The notes: generated by a model from the letters alone, not told the origin. A stretch of 64,000 nucleotides of DNA from Eubacteriales bacterium (GCA_031551135.1 JAVBOA010000008.1:10563-74562); one strand, 5' to 3'. Counted from the first letter of the stretch, positions 55,197 to 63,716 are shown. Program-made: numbers and translations.

Positions 55197-55312
55197 TATA
55201 CTATTTTCATTATAAAGGATAGAAAAAAATATTTCATTTCGCGCTTGAAGCCTGCGCGAAACGCTCCGCTGTGAAAAATTTTTTTCTACTTATCAAAATG
55301 AAAATAGTATTA
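55197..55312 (+). repeat. Palindromic intergenic repeat, full-length copy 9 (forward)
   Basis: 116 nt with the CGCGC/GCGCG inner-stem variant, nearly identical to copy 3. Confidence 0.95.
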
Positions 55313-55371
55313 GTTAAAAAAAGGAACGTCACCGATAAGCGATAACGATCCTAAAAAATTTATTGTTAAAA

Positions 55372-56004
55372 TTAACTGATAGTAGCTATTTTAGTAGTAA
55401 CGTCGTATTTATATTCTGCCTCAAGATTATCAGCTAAAAATTTAATTGGTAAATAAATTCTATTTTCTTTCATAACTGCCGAAGCCGCAAGTTTAACTTC
55501 TTTGCCATTAACTTTTGCTGTAGAAGCGTCGATTGTGATTTCCACAATATCATCGTCTTTGGTCAATTTAGCAACACGGGTTTTGTCGTCCCATTCAACT
55601 TTTGCACCAAGATGCTCAGCAAGTTCTCTCATAGGTACAACAATATCTCCGGACTCTACATAAGGTTTTCCGGTAGTAAATTTTACAAGTTTATCTCCGA
55701 TAACAACCTGAATATCGCCTGTCGGAGTAATGGTTGGTTTTACAACCGCAGAAGCCGGCTGGGAAGTTACAGGCGGAGTCGAAGTTGCCGGTTTAACCGA
55801 AGATGTTGCAACTGCTGGTTTCACCGGTGTTGGAGATGCAGCTGCCGGTTTTGCTTGTGTTGTGGAAGTAGTCGTAGTTGTTGGTTTTGCCTGTGTAGTC
55901 GAAGTTGTAGTAGTCGCTTGAGGTTTTGGTGCTACCGTAGAAGCAGGTTTTGCGTTATTCTCCGCCTCTTGTCTTGGTTTACGTAAAAAATCAAAAAGTC
56001 CCAA
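55372..56004 (-). CDS. Copper amine oxidase N-terminal (stalk) domain protein with a Thr/Pro-rich repeat region
   Basis: AGGAGG lies 9 nt before the TTG at 56004. The tandem repeat is TTTTSTTQAKP x2. The C-terminus VPMRELAEHLGAKVEWDDKTRVAKL...IYLPIKFLADNLEAEYKYD is the stalk domain. No obvious signal peptide. Confidence 0.7.
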   Translation of the reverse strand: MGLFDFLRKPRQEAENNAKPASTVAPKPQATTTTSTTQAKPTTTTTSTTQAKPAAASPTPVKPAVATSSVKPATSTPPVTSQPASAVVKPTITPTGDIQVVIGDKLVKFTTGKPYVESGDIVVPMRELAEHLGAKVEWDDKTRVAKLTKDDDIVEITIDASTAKVNGKEVKLAASAVMKENRIYLPIKFLADNLEAEYKYDVTTKIATIS

Positions 56005-56143
56005 TATAAAATACCTCCTTGTTAGTTTTATCACATTATAGCACAAAAAGCATAAAATTCCAATATTTTATATCAAAAAAATATTAATTTATACTGATTG
56101 CAAAAATAAAAAAATATGATATACTAAATTAAATTCAGTGTAT

Positions 56144-56217
56144 CTGGGTGTGGCGTAGTTTGGTAGCGCGCTTGCTTCGGGAGTAAGAGGTCGCAAGTTC
56201 AAATCTTGTCACCCAGA
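56144..56217 (+). tRNA. tRNA-Pro (anticodon CGG)
   Basis: Hand-folded cloverleaf: acceptor CTGGGTG/CACCCAG with C1-G72, D stem GCGT/GCGC, anticodon stem CTTGC/GTAAG with loop TTCGGGA (G37), and T arm GCAAG-TTCAAAT-CTTGT. No encoded CCA. Confidence 0.9.
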
Positions 56218-56274
56218 TTTTTTTTGCATTTTTTTCGGTAAATTGAGCATCCTAATAGCGTTAGCCTTTGCAAT

Positions 56275-56302
56275 TAATACTATTTTCATTTTGAATAGTA
56301 TA
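56275..56302 (-). repeat. Mini derivative (28 nt) of the palindromic repeat: the two termini joined
   Basis: TAATACTATTTTCATTTTGA + ATAGTATA. ATACTATT pairs with AATAGTAT. It lies 58 nt downstream of tRNA-Pro. Confidence 0.6.
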
Positions 56303-56353
56303 AAATGCTTCGAATCTACGTTTATAGATACGAAGAAAACAGGATGTGAGTTT

Positions 56354-56596
56354 ATGAAACGAGAAGAATTAATTAAACAAGTCAGAGAAGAATACAGCAA
56401 TATTGTCGCCCATGAAAGCCAGCAGCATTTTCATCAAACCTCGGATTCTTTGGGGACAGATGCATATTACAGCAAATTAGCCGAATGCGTGATTGACGAA
56501 ATTTCGAACGGAAAGTTTGACAGCTGCAAATCCGGAATTGAAATTATTAATAAAGTAGCGGCGGATAAATCTATTTTATCTGAATGGAATAATTGA
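56354..56596 (+). CDS. Small hypothetical protein (80 aa)
   Basis: The ATG at 56354 follows AGGATGTGAG, giving MKREELIKQVREEYSNIVAHESQQHFH... The longer track ORF begins inside the mini-repeat region. Confidence 0.5.
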   Translation: MKREELIKQVREEYSNIVAHESQQHFHQTSDSLGTDAYYSKLAECVIDEISNGKFDSCKSGIEIINKVAADKSILSEWNN

Positions 56597-56614
56597 ATGG
56601 AGTAGTTAAAAAAT

Positions 56615-56672
56615 AGCGGTTTGATTTTTGTTCTCGCTTTTGAGATTCATGAAATCAACCGCTTTATTTTTT
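56615..56672 (+). terminator. Terminator between convergent genes
   Basis: AGCGGTTTGATTT - 24 nt - AAATCAACCGCT followed by TTATTTTTTT. Confidence 0.55.
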
Positions 56673-56673
56673 T

Positions 56674-57477
56674 CTAGGAATTTTCCGCGATTAAAGGCTG
56701 ATACATCATAAGCGCGTGATTTTCAACAACAAATTCATCAGCCAAAATTTCGCCTTCACAATTGTATTTTTTTCGGAAAATTATATTATGCCTGCTATAA
56801 TTTCCCCATAATTCCTGTTTTATTATATGTTCTTTTTCATAAATTTCATATGTATAATCCGGCTCTCTTTCGCATTTCCAAGCGCCGCATAAATTTTCAT
56901 CATCCAAGTTCAAAAAAAGCTGAAAGCTTATATCCGTGTCATTTCGTATCATTAAATCTATGTAATTATAATAACACGTTGCTCCGCTGCCAAAAGGCTG
57001 AGTCCGGTCAGAATCCGGAAAAACATCGTAACTGTGCCGATGGCGTTCGATTATTGTAAGAGGTGTGTGGATTGTCATCCAATAAATTAAATTTGAAAGC
57101 TGGCAAAGACCGCCGCCGATTCCGGCCGTGTATTTTCCGCTTTGCAAAACCATTCCTTCCAAATAACCTTTGCGTTTCGTCGGTTTCCCGATTAATTTCC
57201 AATAAGAAAAAACCTCACCGGGATGAATTGTAACTTTGTTAAGCTTTTTAACGGCAATTCTTAAATTTACAATTTTATTATATTGCAAATACATATCAAC
57301 ATTTTTTAACTTGCGTAAAAGTGGGGTTTTGTGAGAGAAATGTTCATTTCTAAGTTCTTTAGTATCTATCCTTGCAAATTTTAACCTTGAAAATATCCAA
57401 AAAAAATATCGCTTATAAGTATAAAAAATTTTGCCCAAAGTGAGTCTTAATTTTGATCTTCTGTTTGGTTTTTCCAT
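56674..57477 (-). CDS. VanW family protein
   Basis: 267 aa with IGGGLCQLSNLIYW and the VanW domain layout. GGGGGG RBS is present. Confidence 0.85.
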   Translation of the reverse strand: MEKPNRRSKLRLTLGKIFYTYKRYFFWIFSRLKFARIDTKELRNEHFSHKTPLLRKLKNVDMYLQYNKIVNLRIAVKKLNKVTIHPGEVFSYWKLIGKPTKRKGYLEGMVLQSGKYTAGIGGGLCQLSNLIYWMTIHTPLTIIERHRHSYDVFPDSDRTQPFGSGATCYYNYIDLMIRNDTDISFQLFLNLDDENLCGAWKCEREPDYTYEIYEKEHIIKQELWGNYSRHNIIFRKKYNCEGEILADEFVVENHALMMYQPLIAENS

Positions 57478-57618
57478 AAAATCCCCCCTGACGAATTAAT
57501 CTACTTCTATCATATATGTCTATTCCGAATTTGCTCGCTGAATTCACATTATACTTTATTGTACAGCAATTACAGATTAATATTTATATTTTTACAAAAA
57601 TCGGGGAAAATAAAAAAA

Positions 57619-57690
57619 AGCGCGAGACGGGATTCGAACCCGCGACCCTCGCCTTGGCAAGGCGATGCTCTACCACTGAGCTACTCGCGC
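57619..57690 (-). tRNA. tRNA-Gly (anticodon GCC)
   Basis: The reverse complement reads GCGCGAGTAGCTCAGTGGTAGAGCATCGCCTTGCCAAGGCGAGGGTCGCGGGTTCGAATCCCGTCTCGCGCT. This is a canonical cloverleaf with no encoded CCA, followed by a T-run. Confidence 0.92.
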
Positions 57691-57879
57691 ATATAAAATG
57701 CGATTTCTATTTGTAATTTTTTGTACTCCCTGCTGAGCACTATGAAATAATATCATATACTAAAAACATTGTCAACACTTTTAAAAAATAATTTTATTAA
57801 TCGAGAGCGGCTATAGAAGCACCGCAAATACGCCGTTTCTATAATCGCTCTATAAAATATTTCGTGTATAAAAATAACT

Positions 57880-58596
57880 TTACGCAAACTTCTCCCTTAT
57901 GGTTTTCAAAACTTTTTTTTCGATTCTCGAAACCTGAACCTGTGAAACTCCAATCGCATTTGCAACTTCTGTTTGGGTTTTATCATCAAAATACCGCATA
58001 ATAATAACCTTGCGTTCTTTCGGCTTTAGCTCACTTATAATTTGTTTAAGCACGATATTATCAATCATATTTCCGTCAGATTTATCACAAAGTTCGAGTT
58101 TGTCAATCAAATAAATTGGATTTCCATCGCCTTGATAAATCGTACTGTAAAGCGATTCGACCTCCATTCCGGCTTCCATAGCCATAACCAATTCTTCTGC
58201 TTCAATATTCATATATTCGGCGATTTCGTTTATCGTAGCGTCGCGCCCTTTTTCCTGAGATATTTTTTCTTTTACATATTTCGCTTTGTTTGCGATTTCT
58301 TTCAGCGGACGCGAAACTTTGATTATGCCGTCATCTCTCAAAAACCGTTTTATTTCGCCCATAATCATCGGTACAGCATAAGTAGAAAATTTCACATCAT
58401 AATTGATATCGAACTTATTAATACATTTTAAAAGCCCGATAGAACCTATTTGAAATAAATCTTCAATTTCGTAGCCCCTGTTTGCGAATTTTTTTACAAT
58501 ACTCCAAACAAGCCCCTGATTTTCGGAGATAATTTTTTCGCAGGCGGCTTTATCGCCCGACTGCGCCATCAAAATCAGTCTTTTGTATTCTTCCAT
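57880..58596 (-). CDS. sigF: Sporulation sigma factor F
   Basis: 238-aa sigma-70 family protein (regions 2-4), placed immediately downstream of spoIIAA-spoIIAB. Confidence 0.9.
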   Translation of the reverse strand: MEEYKRLILMAQSGDKAACEKIISENQGLVWSIVKKFANRGYEIEDLFQIGSIGLLKCINKFDINYDVKFSTYAVPMIMGEIKRFLRDDGIIKVSRPLKEIANKAKYVKEKISQEKGRDATINEIAEYMNIEAEELVMAMEAGMEVESLYSTIYQGDGNPIYLIDKLELCDKSDGNMIDNIVLKQIISELKPKERKVIIMRYFDDKTQTEVANAIGVSQVQVSRIEKKVLKTIREKFA

Positions 58597-58616
58597 AAAA
58601 ACGCCCCCATAAATCT

Positions 58617-59048
58617 CTATGATTGGGAGATTTTCTTCCTCATAATAATTTTAGTTCCGTTATTTCTTTCCGAAAAAACTTCCAAGCCGTCCATAAAAGT
58701 CTCCATAACAGTAAAGCCCATTCCGCTGCGTTCACTTTCCGGTTTTGAGGTATAAAGCGGAGTCATCGCTTCGCCGACATCATCAATCCCCAAGCCTGTA
58801 TCTTTTATTTCGATGATAATTTCGTTTTCAAAAGTAAGTTTGCAATTTATGTAAATTTGTCCTTTTTTATTATCGTATCCGTGAATTATAGAATTTGTGA
58901 CAGCCTCGGACACAGCGACTTTTATATCGGAGATTTCGCTGACAGTGGGGTCTGTTTGAGAAGCAAACGCCGCCACACAGACCCGCGCCAATGCTTCGTT
59001 AGATGATTTGCTTTCTATAATCAAAGTCATTTCATTTTTAAAGTCCAT
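58617..59048 (-). CDS. spoIIAB: Anti-sigma F factor / serine kinase SpoIIAB
   Basis: 143 aa with the HATPase_c motifs [18 protein letters not shown] and SGMGFTVM. Confidence 0.92.
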   Translation of the reverse strand: MDFKNEMTLIIESKSSNEALARVCVAAFASQTDPTVSEISDIKVAVSEAVTNSIIHGYDNKKGQIYINCKLTFENEIIIEIKDTGLGIDDVGEAMTPLYTSKPESERSGMGFTVMETFMDGLEVFSERNNGTKIIMRKKISQS

Positions 59049-59060
59049 TATTTGCCCTCC

Positions 59061-59393
59061 TTATTCTATCGATTTTATGGCTTTTTCCAGACTATCATAC
59101 ACTTTGATAATCCGGTACAATCCTGAAATATCAAAAATCCGTTTAAGCTCCTCATTTATACCGCTGACTGCGATTTTTCCGCCAAGCTTTTCGATAGCTT
59201 TGTACCGCCCGATAATCATACCGATTCCCGAAGAATCCATAAAATAAACTTTCGAAAAATCCATGATAATATTTTTGCACCTAAGCCTATGAAATTCTTT
59301 ATCTATTTTATCCCGAAGCTCTTCTGAGCTATGATGGTCTATATCTCCATTTATTTTAATAATCAAATTATTATCAAGATTATAAATTTCCAA
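59061..59393 (-). CDS. spoIIAA: Anti-anti-sigma F factor SpoIIAA (STAS domain)
   Basis: 110 aa. FMDSSGIGMIIGRYK carries the phosphorylatable Ser motif. TTG start follows GGAGGTG. Confidence 0.9.
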   Translation of the reverse strand: MEIYNLDNNLIIKINGDIDHHSSEELRDKIDKEFHRLRCKNIIMDFSKVYFMDSSGIGMIIGRYKAIEKLGGKIAVSGINEELKRIFDISGLYRIIKVYDSLEKAIKSIE

Positions 59394-59656
59394 AAAAACA
59401 CCTCCAGATATTTGTCCTATCTATATGTTTATCATCAAACATTTTCCGCTGTTATAGGCAAGCATTAATTATTTTATATTCTAAATCATTAATGCGGCCT
59501 ATATAGATATTAATTAAATAAGCTCATAATTTCAACCGCCAAATTGTTTTTGTTTACCCTATAAAAATACATTGGGAATCAAAATGCTACATATTTCCAT
59601 ATATATTTGCTCGTATAAAAAAATATTATTTCTAAAAATGAAATGTTTTGTAAAAT

Positions 59657-59684
59657 AAAAAAAACATGCCAAATTTCTGGCATG
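59657..59684 (-). terminator. Strong intrinsic terminator separating the flagellar-operon tail from spoIIA
   Basis: On the minus strand: CATGCCA-GAAATT-TGGCATG followed by TTTTTTTT, 15 nt after the stop at 59699. Confidence 0.85.
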
Positions 59685-59698
59685 AATAAAAAAATTCA

Positions 59699-60298
59699 TT
59701 ATTTAATTATTATATTTAAAACTTCTTCAAAGCTCATATTTTGAGTAAATTTATGCTCTCCGTATTTCAAAATTTTAGTAGAATTCTTGTTTGTTAAATA
59801 TTCGTTGAATGATTTTTCATCATCTATAACTGAGTTTGACTTCAATAAACTTACTATTTCATAAGAGCTTGCGCCTTTAGGTATGTCAATAAGAATTTCA
59901 GGCGAGTTTGCATTTTCTTCAGCTATTATTTCATTTTTCGGTGTTTCGTATTGCTCTGATTCTGTTTTTTCTGTTTCTTTTATTTCGGATTTTTCGATTT
60001 GTTCTTTTTGTTTATCAATTCTGTTTTCTTGAGGCAATTCGTTTTTATCTGTTTGGATTTCAAGTTTTTGAGCCGCAGACTCGTCTTCTGCCGCTTGTGA
60101 ATTTTGGGTATTCTGATTTATTTCCGGTAGTTCGCTTACAAAAATCATACCAAGTTTTTTTGCTTCATCCACAATTTTTTCCTGCGTGACTTCGCTTTGG
60201 ATAATATCCTTATTATCAAAATTGTAAACCAAAAACACGGACAAAGAAGACAGTATAAGGCCTGTTCCCAAACCTACAATAAAATTATATTTTTTCAT
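59699..60298 (-). CDS. Hypothetical membrane-anchored protein with an acidic linker and a C-terminal MltG/YceG N-domain-like segment
   Basis: 199 aa with an N-terminal TM helix. The C-terminus IDIPKGASSYEIVSLLKSNSVIDDEKSFNEYL...KYGEHKF resembles the LysM-like N-domain of MltG. Confidence 0.5.
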   Translation of the reverse strand: MKKYNFIVGLGTGLILSSLSVFLVYNFDNKDIIQSEVTQEKIVDEAKKLGMIFVSELPEINQNTQNSQAAEDESAAQKLEIQTDKNELPQENRIDKQKEQIEKSEIKETEKTESEQYETPKNEIIAEENANSPEILIDIPKGASSYEIVSLLKSNSVIDDEKSFNEYLTNKNSTKILKYGEHKFTQNMSFEEVLNIIIK

Positions 60299-60732
60299 AC
60301 GCCGGACCTTTCCCTATTTAAATTTAAAGTCAAATTTACTTCTCCTTGTCCAATTTTTAAAAGCTGGGCAATTTTTGAGACAGTATAACCTTGGTCATAA
60401 AGCGATTTGATTTTGCTTGCCTTTTCGCTTACCGGCCTGAGATTTTTATTAATTTTTTTGTATTCGGCCTGCGTTTTTTCTGCAATACTTTCGTTTTTCT
60501 TCTCGTCCAAAATACTATAAAGTTGAAGCATTTCCTGATATTTTTCGTCGATTTCTTTTCTTACCGAATTTGATAAATCGTCCAGCTCAAAAATAATATT
60601 TTCGGCTTCTTTTAACGAATTATCCAGTTTGTCCAATTTTTGGTCGGTATTTTTGGTGTCTCTTTGTTTTATTAAAGCAAATAATAACAAAGCAACACCC
60701 GAGCCGGCCAAGCAAATTAATATTATAAACAT
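60295..60732 (-). CDS. Hypothetical protein: N-terminal TM helix, coiled coil, C-terminal HTH-like segment
   Basis: 145 aa. The C-terminus is YDQGYTVSKIAQLLKIGQGEVNLTLNL. It overlaps the next gene by 4 nt. Confidence 0.5.
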   Translation of the reverse strand: MFIILICLAGSGVALLLFALIKQRDTKNTDQKLDKLDNSLKEAENIIFELDDLSNSVRKEIDEKYQEMLQLYSILDEKKNESIAEKTQAEYKKINKNLRPVSEKASKIKSLYDQGYTVSKIAQLLKIGQGEVNLTLNLNRERSGV

Positions 60733-60755
60733 ATTAATTTCAACTCCCCTAAATT

Positions 60756-61052
60756 TCAGACACTCCTATCAAACATACTAAGTGATGTTTTGGGTTTTTG
60801 AGTGTCTTTTTTTCTTTTGTTATTTTTATTGTTTGAATAATATTTATTATTATTTTTTCCATCCTTGTCAACAAGCTGAGAGTTCTTTTCCGTATCCGAA
60901 ATAGTTTCTTTTAAATCATTTTCATCCTGTTCAATTTTCTCTTTAAACTGCTTTTTAAACATCTCCGCTTTTGCGGCATCGAAACTGTTAATTCGGTTAA
61001 TTTCATAAGACTTTGGTATTATAGCTTGTAGGTCGATAGGTCGGATTGACAT
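60756..61052 (-). CDS. Small hypothetical lysine/asparagine-rich protein downstream of sigD
   Basis: 98 aa, beginning MSIRPIDLQAIIPKSYEINRINSF..., with an AGGTGA RBS. Confidence 0.45.
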   Translation of the reverse strand: MSIRPIDLQAIIPKSYEINRINSFDAAKAEMFKKQFKEKIEQDENDLKETISDTEKNSQLVDKDGKNNNKYYSNNKNNKRKKDTQKPKTSLSMFDRSV

Positions 61053-61230
61053 ATAATCACCTATTCAAATTTTATTTTTCTTTCTGTAATAGTATATTAA
61101 AACATAAGGCCGGAATCCGCTTAATATCATTTTGAGTTCTTATCAGAACTATGTATACGGCTTTTTTCAAAAAAGCGCTGATTATCGCGAATATACTCGA
61201 TACAATTGTATGTATCGAGAGCCAGTTTTT

Positions 61231-61992
61231 TTAATTTGCAAATAAAATATTTTTGTATTTTCCAAGCCTTGTTTGCAGTCTAAGCACGGCTTTTGAATGA
61301 ATTTGACTTATTCTCGATTCGGAAACTTCCATAATTTTAGAAATTTCTTTCAAAGTCAAATCTTCAAAATAATAAAGTGAGATAACTTTTCTCTCTTTTT
61401 CGGAAAGTTTGTCGATAGCGTCTTTCAGAAGCTCTTTAACTTCTTGCATTTCATAGATAGCTTCGGGGCTGTCTTTTCTGTTATTTCCGCCTGCAGAATA
61501 ATCTGCTTCGTGGTTCTGCTCCAAATAATCATCCAGCGAAATCAACGAAACCACTGAAGACTTTTTTATCAAATCTTTTACTTCTTCCAAAGAAATATTT
61601 AGTTTTTCCGCTAATTCCTCTTCATGCGGCTCTCTGCCAAGCTCGAATTCCAATTCTTGGTATGTTTGTTCCAATTGTTTGTTTTTCTGCCTCAGGGTTC
61701 TCGGCACCCAATCCAGTTTCCTTATGCTATCTATTATAGCGCCGCGAATCCTCAGCGATGCATATGTTTCAAATTTCACGCCTTTTTCATAATCAAATTT
61801 ATCTATAGCATCTATAAGGCCGAATATCCCATAGCTCACTAAATCATCATAATCAACATGCTGACCGATGTGGACGCTCAGTCTGCCTGCAACAAACTTT
61901 ACTAAGGTTGCGTATTCCAAAATTAGCTGTTGCTTAATTTCTTTGTCTTTAGTTTTAGCATACTGCTCCCAAACTTTGTCTATGTTATCCAT
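61231..61992 (-). CDS. sigD: Flagellar sigma factor FliA / SigD (sigma-28)
   Basis: 253 aa. YGIFGLIDAIDKFDYEKGVKFETYASLRIRGAIIDSIRKLDWVPR plus region 4 ISKIMEVSESRISQIH. Confidence 0.9.
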   Translation of the reverse strand: MDNIDKVWEQYAKTKDKEIKQQLILEYATLVKFVAGRLSVHIGQHVDYDDLVSYGIFGLIDAIDKFDYEKGVKFETYASLRIRGAIIDSIRKLDWVPRTLRQKNKQLEQTYQELEFELGREPHEEELAEKLNISLEEVKDLIKKSSVVSLISLDDYLEQNHEADYSAGGNNRKDSPEAIYEMQEVKELLKDAIDKLSEKERKVISLYYFEDLTLKEISKIMEVSESRISQIHSKAVLRLQTRLGKYKNILFAN

Positions 61993-62104
61993 ACAGCAAG
62001 CTTCCTCCTGTCAGGTTATTTTTCCGGCTTTTTTTAGAAATAGCCGGTTTTGTAGTAATTAACCATTTTTTATCTTTAGTAGAAATTCTTTTATAGCCAG
62101 ATTA

Positions 62105-62320
62105 TTATGTTATAACAGAATTTTCATCCATATCCGTTTTTTTATTTTCTAAAATTTTTAATATGTAATTTTTATAAATCGCTCCGATAATATAAAAAAT
62201 ACATATAACAAAAATAAGTCTGTATGCTATAAAAGTTGGATCCATCCTGTAAATAATACAGTTTATCGCAACAACAATTGCTGCGAAGAGGCTAATCAAA
62301 ATATGAATTTTCTCAGCCAT
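62105..62320 (-). CDS. Small hypothetical two-TM membrane protein between cheD and sigD
   Basis: 71 aa and hydrophobic, with a plausible GGAATGG RBS. Confidence 0.45.
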   Translation of the reverse strand: MAEKIHILISLFAAIVVAINCIIYRMDPTFIAYRLIFVICIFYIIGAIYKNYILKILENKKTDMDENSVIT

Positions 62321-62457
62321 CCAACCATTCCTATCTAAATAATGTGAATTCGATACAATTAAAATCGCCTCGAATTTTTTGATAATACTCGATTAAAAAC
62401 GCTTTACCTTCGGTTTTAATCCGCTTTGCGGATTTGTTCGGCTTCGCCGGACTCACG

Positions 62458-62943
62458 TTATATAATCTTGAAACCGTGACCGATCGTTTTAACCACTAAT
62501 CTGCCGTCATCACTATAAAGCTCAATTGTTCGGCCATAAGTGCTGCCGGTATCGTTTGATATGATCGGTATCTTGTATTCCGAAAGAAGCTTTAAAACAG
62601 CCTCAGTATTTCTCTCTCCAATCCGCATATTTTCATTTGTGCTGGTGAGAGCAAACATTTGGGCACCGCCGGCGATTTTCGCCCGCAGCATAACCCTTGA
62701 GGCTCCGATTCTTAACATATCGTCAATCAGTTTTTTTGTTGCGGTATCGGCAAATTTTGCTACATTGGTATTGTTTATAATTTTTGTGCTGTCCGGCAGC
62801 ATAATATGGGCCATTCCGGCTATTTTATGCGTCGGGTCATAAAGGCAAATGCCAACGCACGACCCTAACCCTATCGTAGTCAAAACACCCGGATTTTTTG
62901 TAACATTCAAATCCGCCATTCCTACTACTACCATTTTATTCAT
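62458..62943 (-). CDS. cheD: Chemoreceptor glutamine deamidase CheD
   Basis: TTIGLGSCVGICLYD carries the catalytic Cys motif. 161 aa. Confidence 0.92.
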   Translation of the reverse strand: MNKMVVVGMADLNVTKNPGVLTTIGLGSCVGICLYDPTHKIAGMAHIMLPDSTKIINNTNVAKFADTATKKLIDDMLRIGASRVMLRAKIAGGAQMFALTSTNENMRIGERNTEAVLKLLSEYKIPIISNDTGSTYGRTIELYSDDGRLVVKTIGHGFKII

Positions 62944-62945
62944 GA

Positions 62946-63566
62946 TTAATATACTCCCAGAGATTTTAATATTACGGTAAACGACTCCATTTCCGGAACT
63001 AATACAAAATATCCGGACACATCTTGACCTTCGGCATTAAAAAGCGATTCTATAAAAAGAACTTTGTCTGCTACTTTTGAAAAAGCAATAGCAGGAACAG
63101 ATAAAATCGCATTCGCCATATCAATCGATAAATATGGCACAGAAGGAATAATTTTTAAATTTAAAAGCTGCGCCAATGAGCCTAAATAAGAGCTGGAAAG
63201 AATATTTCCGACTTCTTTTAAAGCCGAAATTTCCATTTCATCAAAATCCGAAAATTCTTCCTTTTGAGTTTCCTTACCAAATAAAATATCCAATAATGTC
63301 TTTGCATGTTTAAGCTCGATAATAAACATCATAATTCCATTAATATCTCCGGATATATTAACCAAGATACCGATTATTGTATTATCGGGGCCGCCCACAA
63401 AGGCCGCTATATCTTTAAATTCCAAAAGATTTATGATGGGAATTGTCATATCTACTTTTTTTCCTAGCATCTTCGACAAAGCCGTGACGGCGTTGCCGGC
63501 ACCAATATTTCCTACCTCTTTTAAAACATCAAAATGAAGCGACTCAAATTTCTCAAAATCTTGCAC
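62946..63566 (-). CDS. cheC: CheY-P phosphatase CheC
   Basis: Duplicated motif: EVGNIGAGNAVTALS and EVGNILSSSYLGSLA. Confidence 0.9.
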   Translation of the reverse strand: MQDFEKFESLHFDVLKEVGNIGAGNAVTALSKMLGKKVDMTIPIINLLEFKDIAAFVGGPDNTIIGILVNISGDINGIMMFIIELKHAKTLLDILFGKETQKEEFSDFDEMEISALKEVGNILSSSYLGSLAQLLNLKIIPSVPYLSIDMANAILSVPAIAFSKVADKVLFIESLFNAEGQDVSGYFVLVPEMESFTVILKSLGVY

Positions 63567-63716
63567 AACCTACACTCCCATCCAATATAGCGGTTTGACC
63601 GGAAAATAATATTTTATTATAATTCAGGAATAATTAAATTTACTTAATTGTCGAAATTTCTCTATATTTATAAAATCAAGCCGCAATATTATTTTATGCA
63701 AAAAATAAATTATTAA

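Noticed and set aside
1417-55312. Whether the recurring ~115-nt unit could be a CRISPR array or an integron attC series.
   Set aside because: The copies are separated by kilobases of ordinary genes rather than by 25-40-nt spacers. They occur in both orientations, and no cas or intI genes are present.
57804-57851. Long imperfect hairpin (AGAGCGGCTATAGAA ... TTCTATAATCGCTCT) between sigF and tRNA-Gly.
   Set aside because: It could be the sigF terminator or a processing signal, but no T-run directly follows it on the transcribed strand. The evidence is insufficient to call it a terminator.
62332-62456. 41-codon GTG-initiated ORF immediately after the cheD stop (VSPAKPNKSAKRIKTEGKAFLIEYYQKIRGDFNCIEFTLFR).
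   Set aside because: It has no recognisable RBS, uses a non-ATG start, and is very short with no recognisable family. It was left unannotated.
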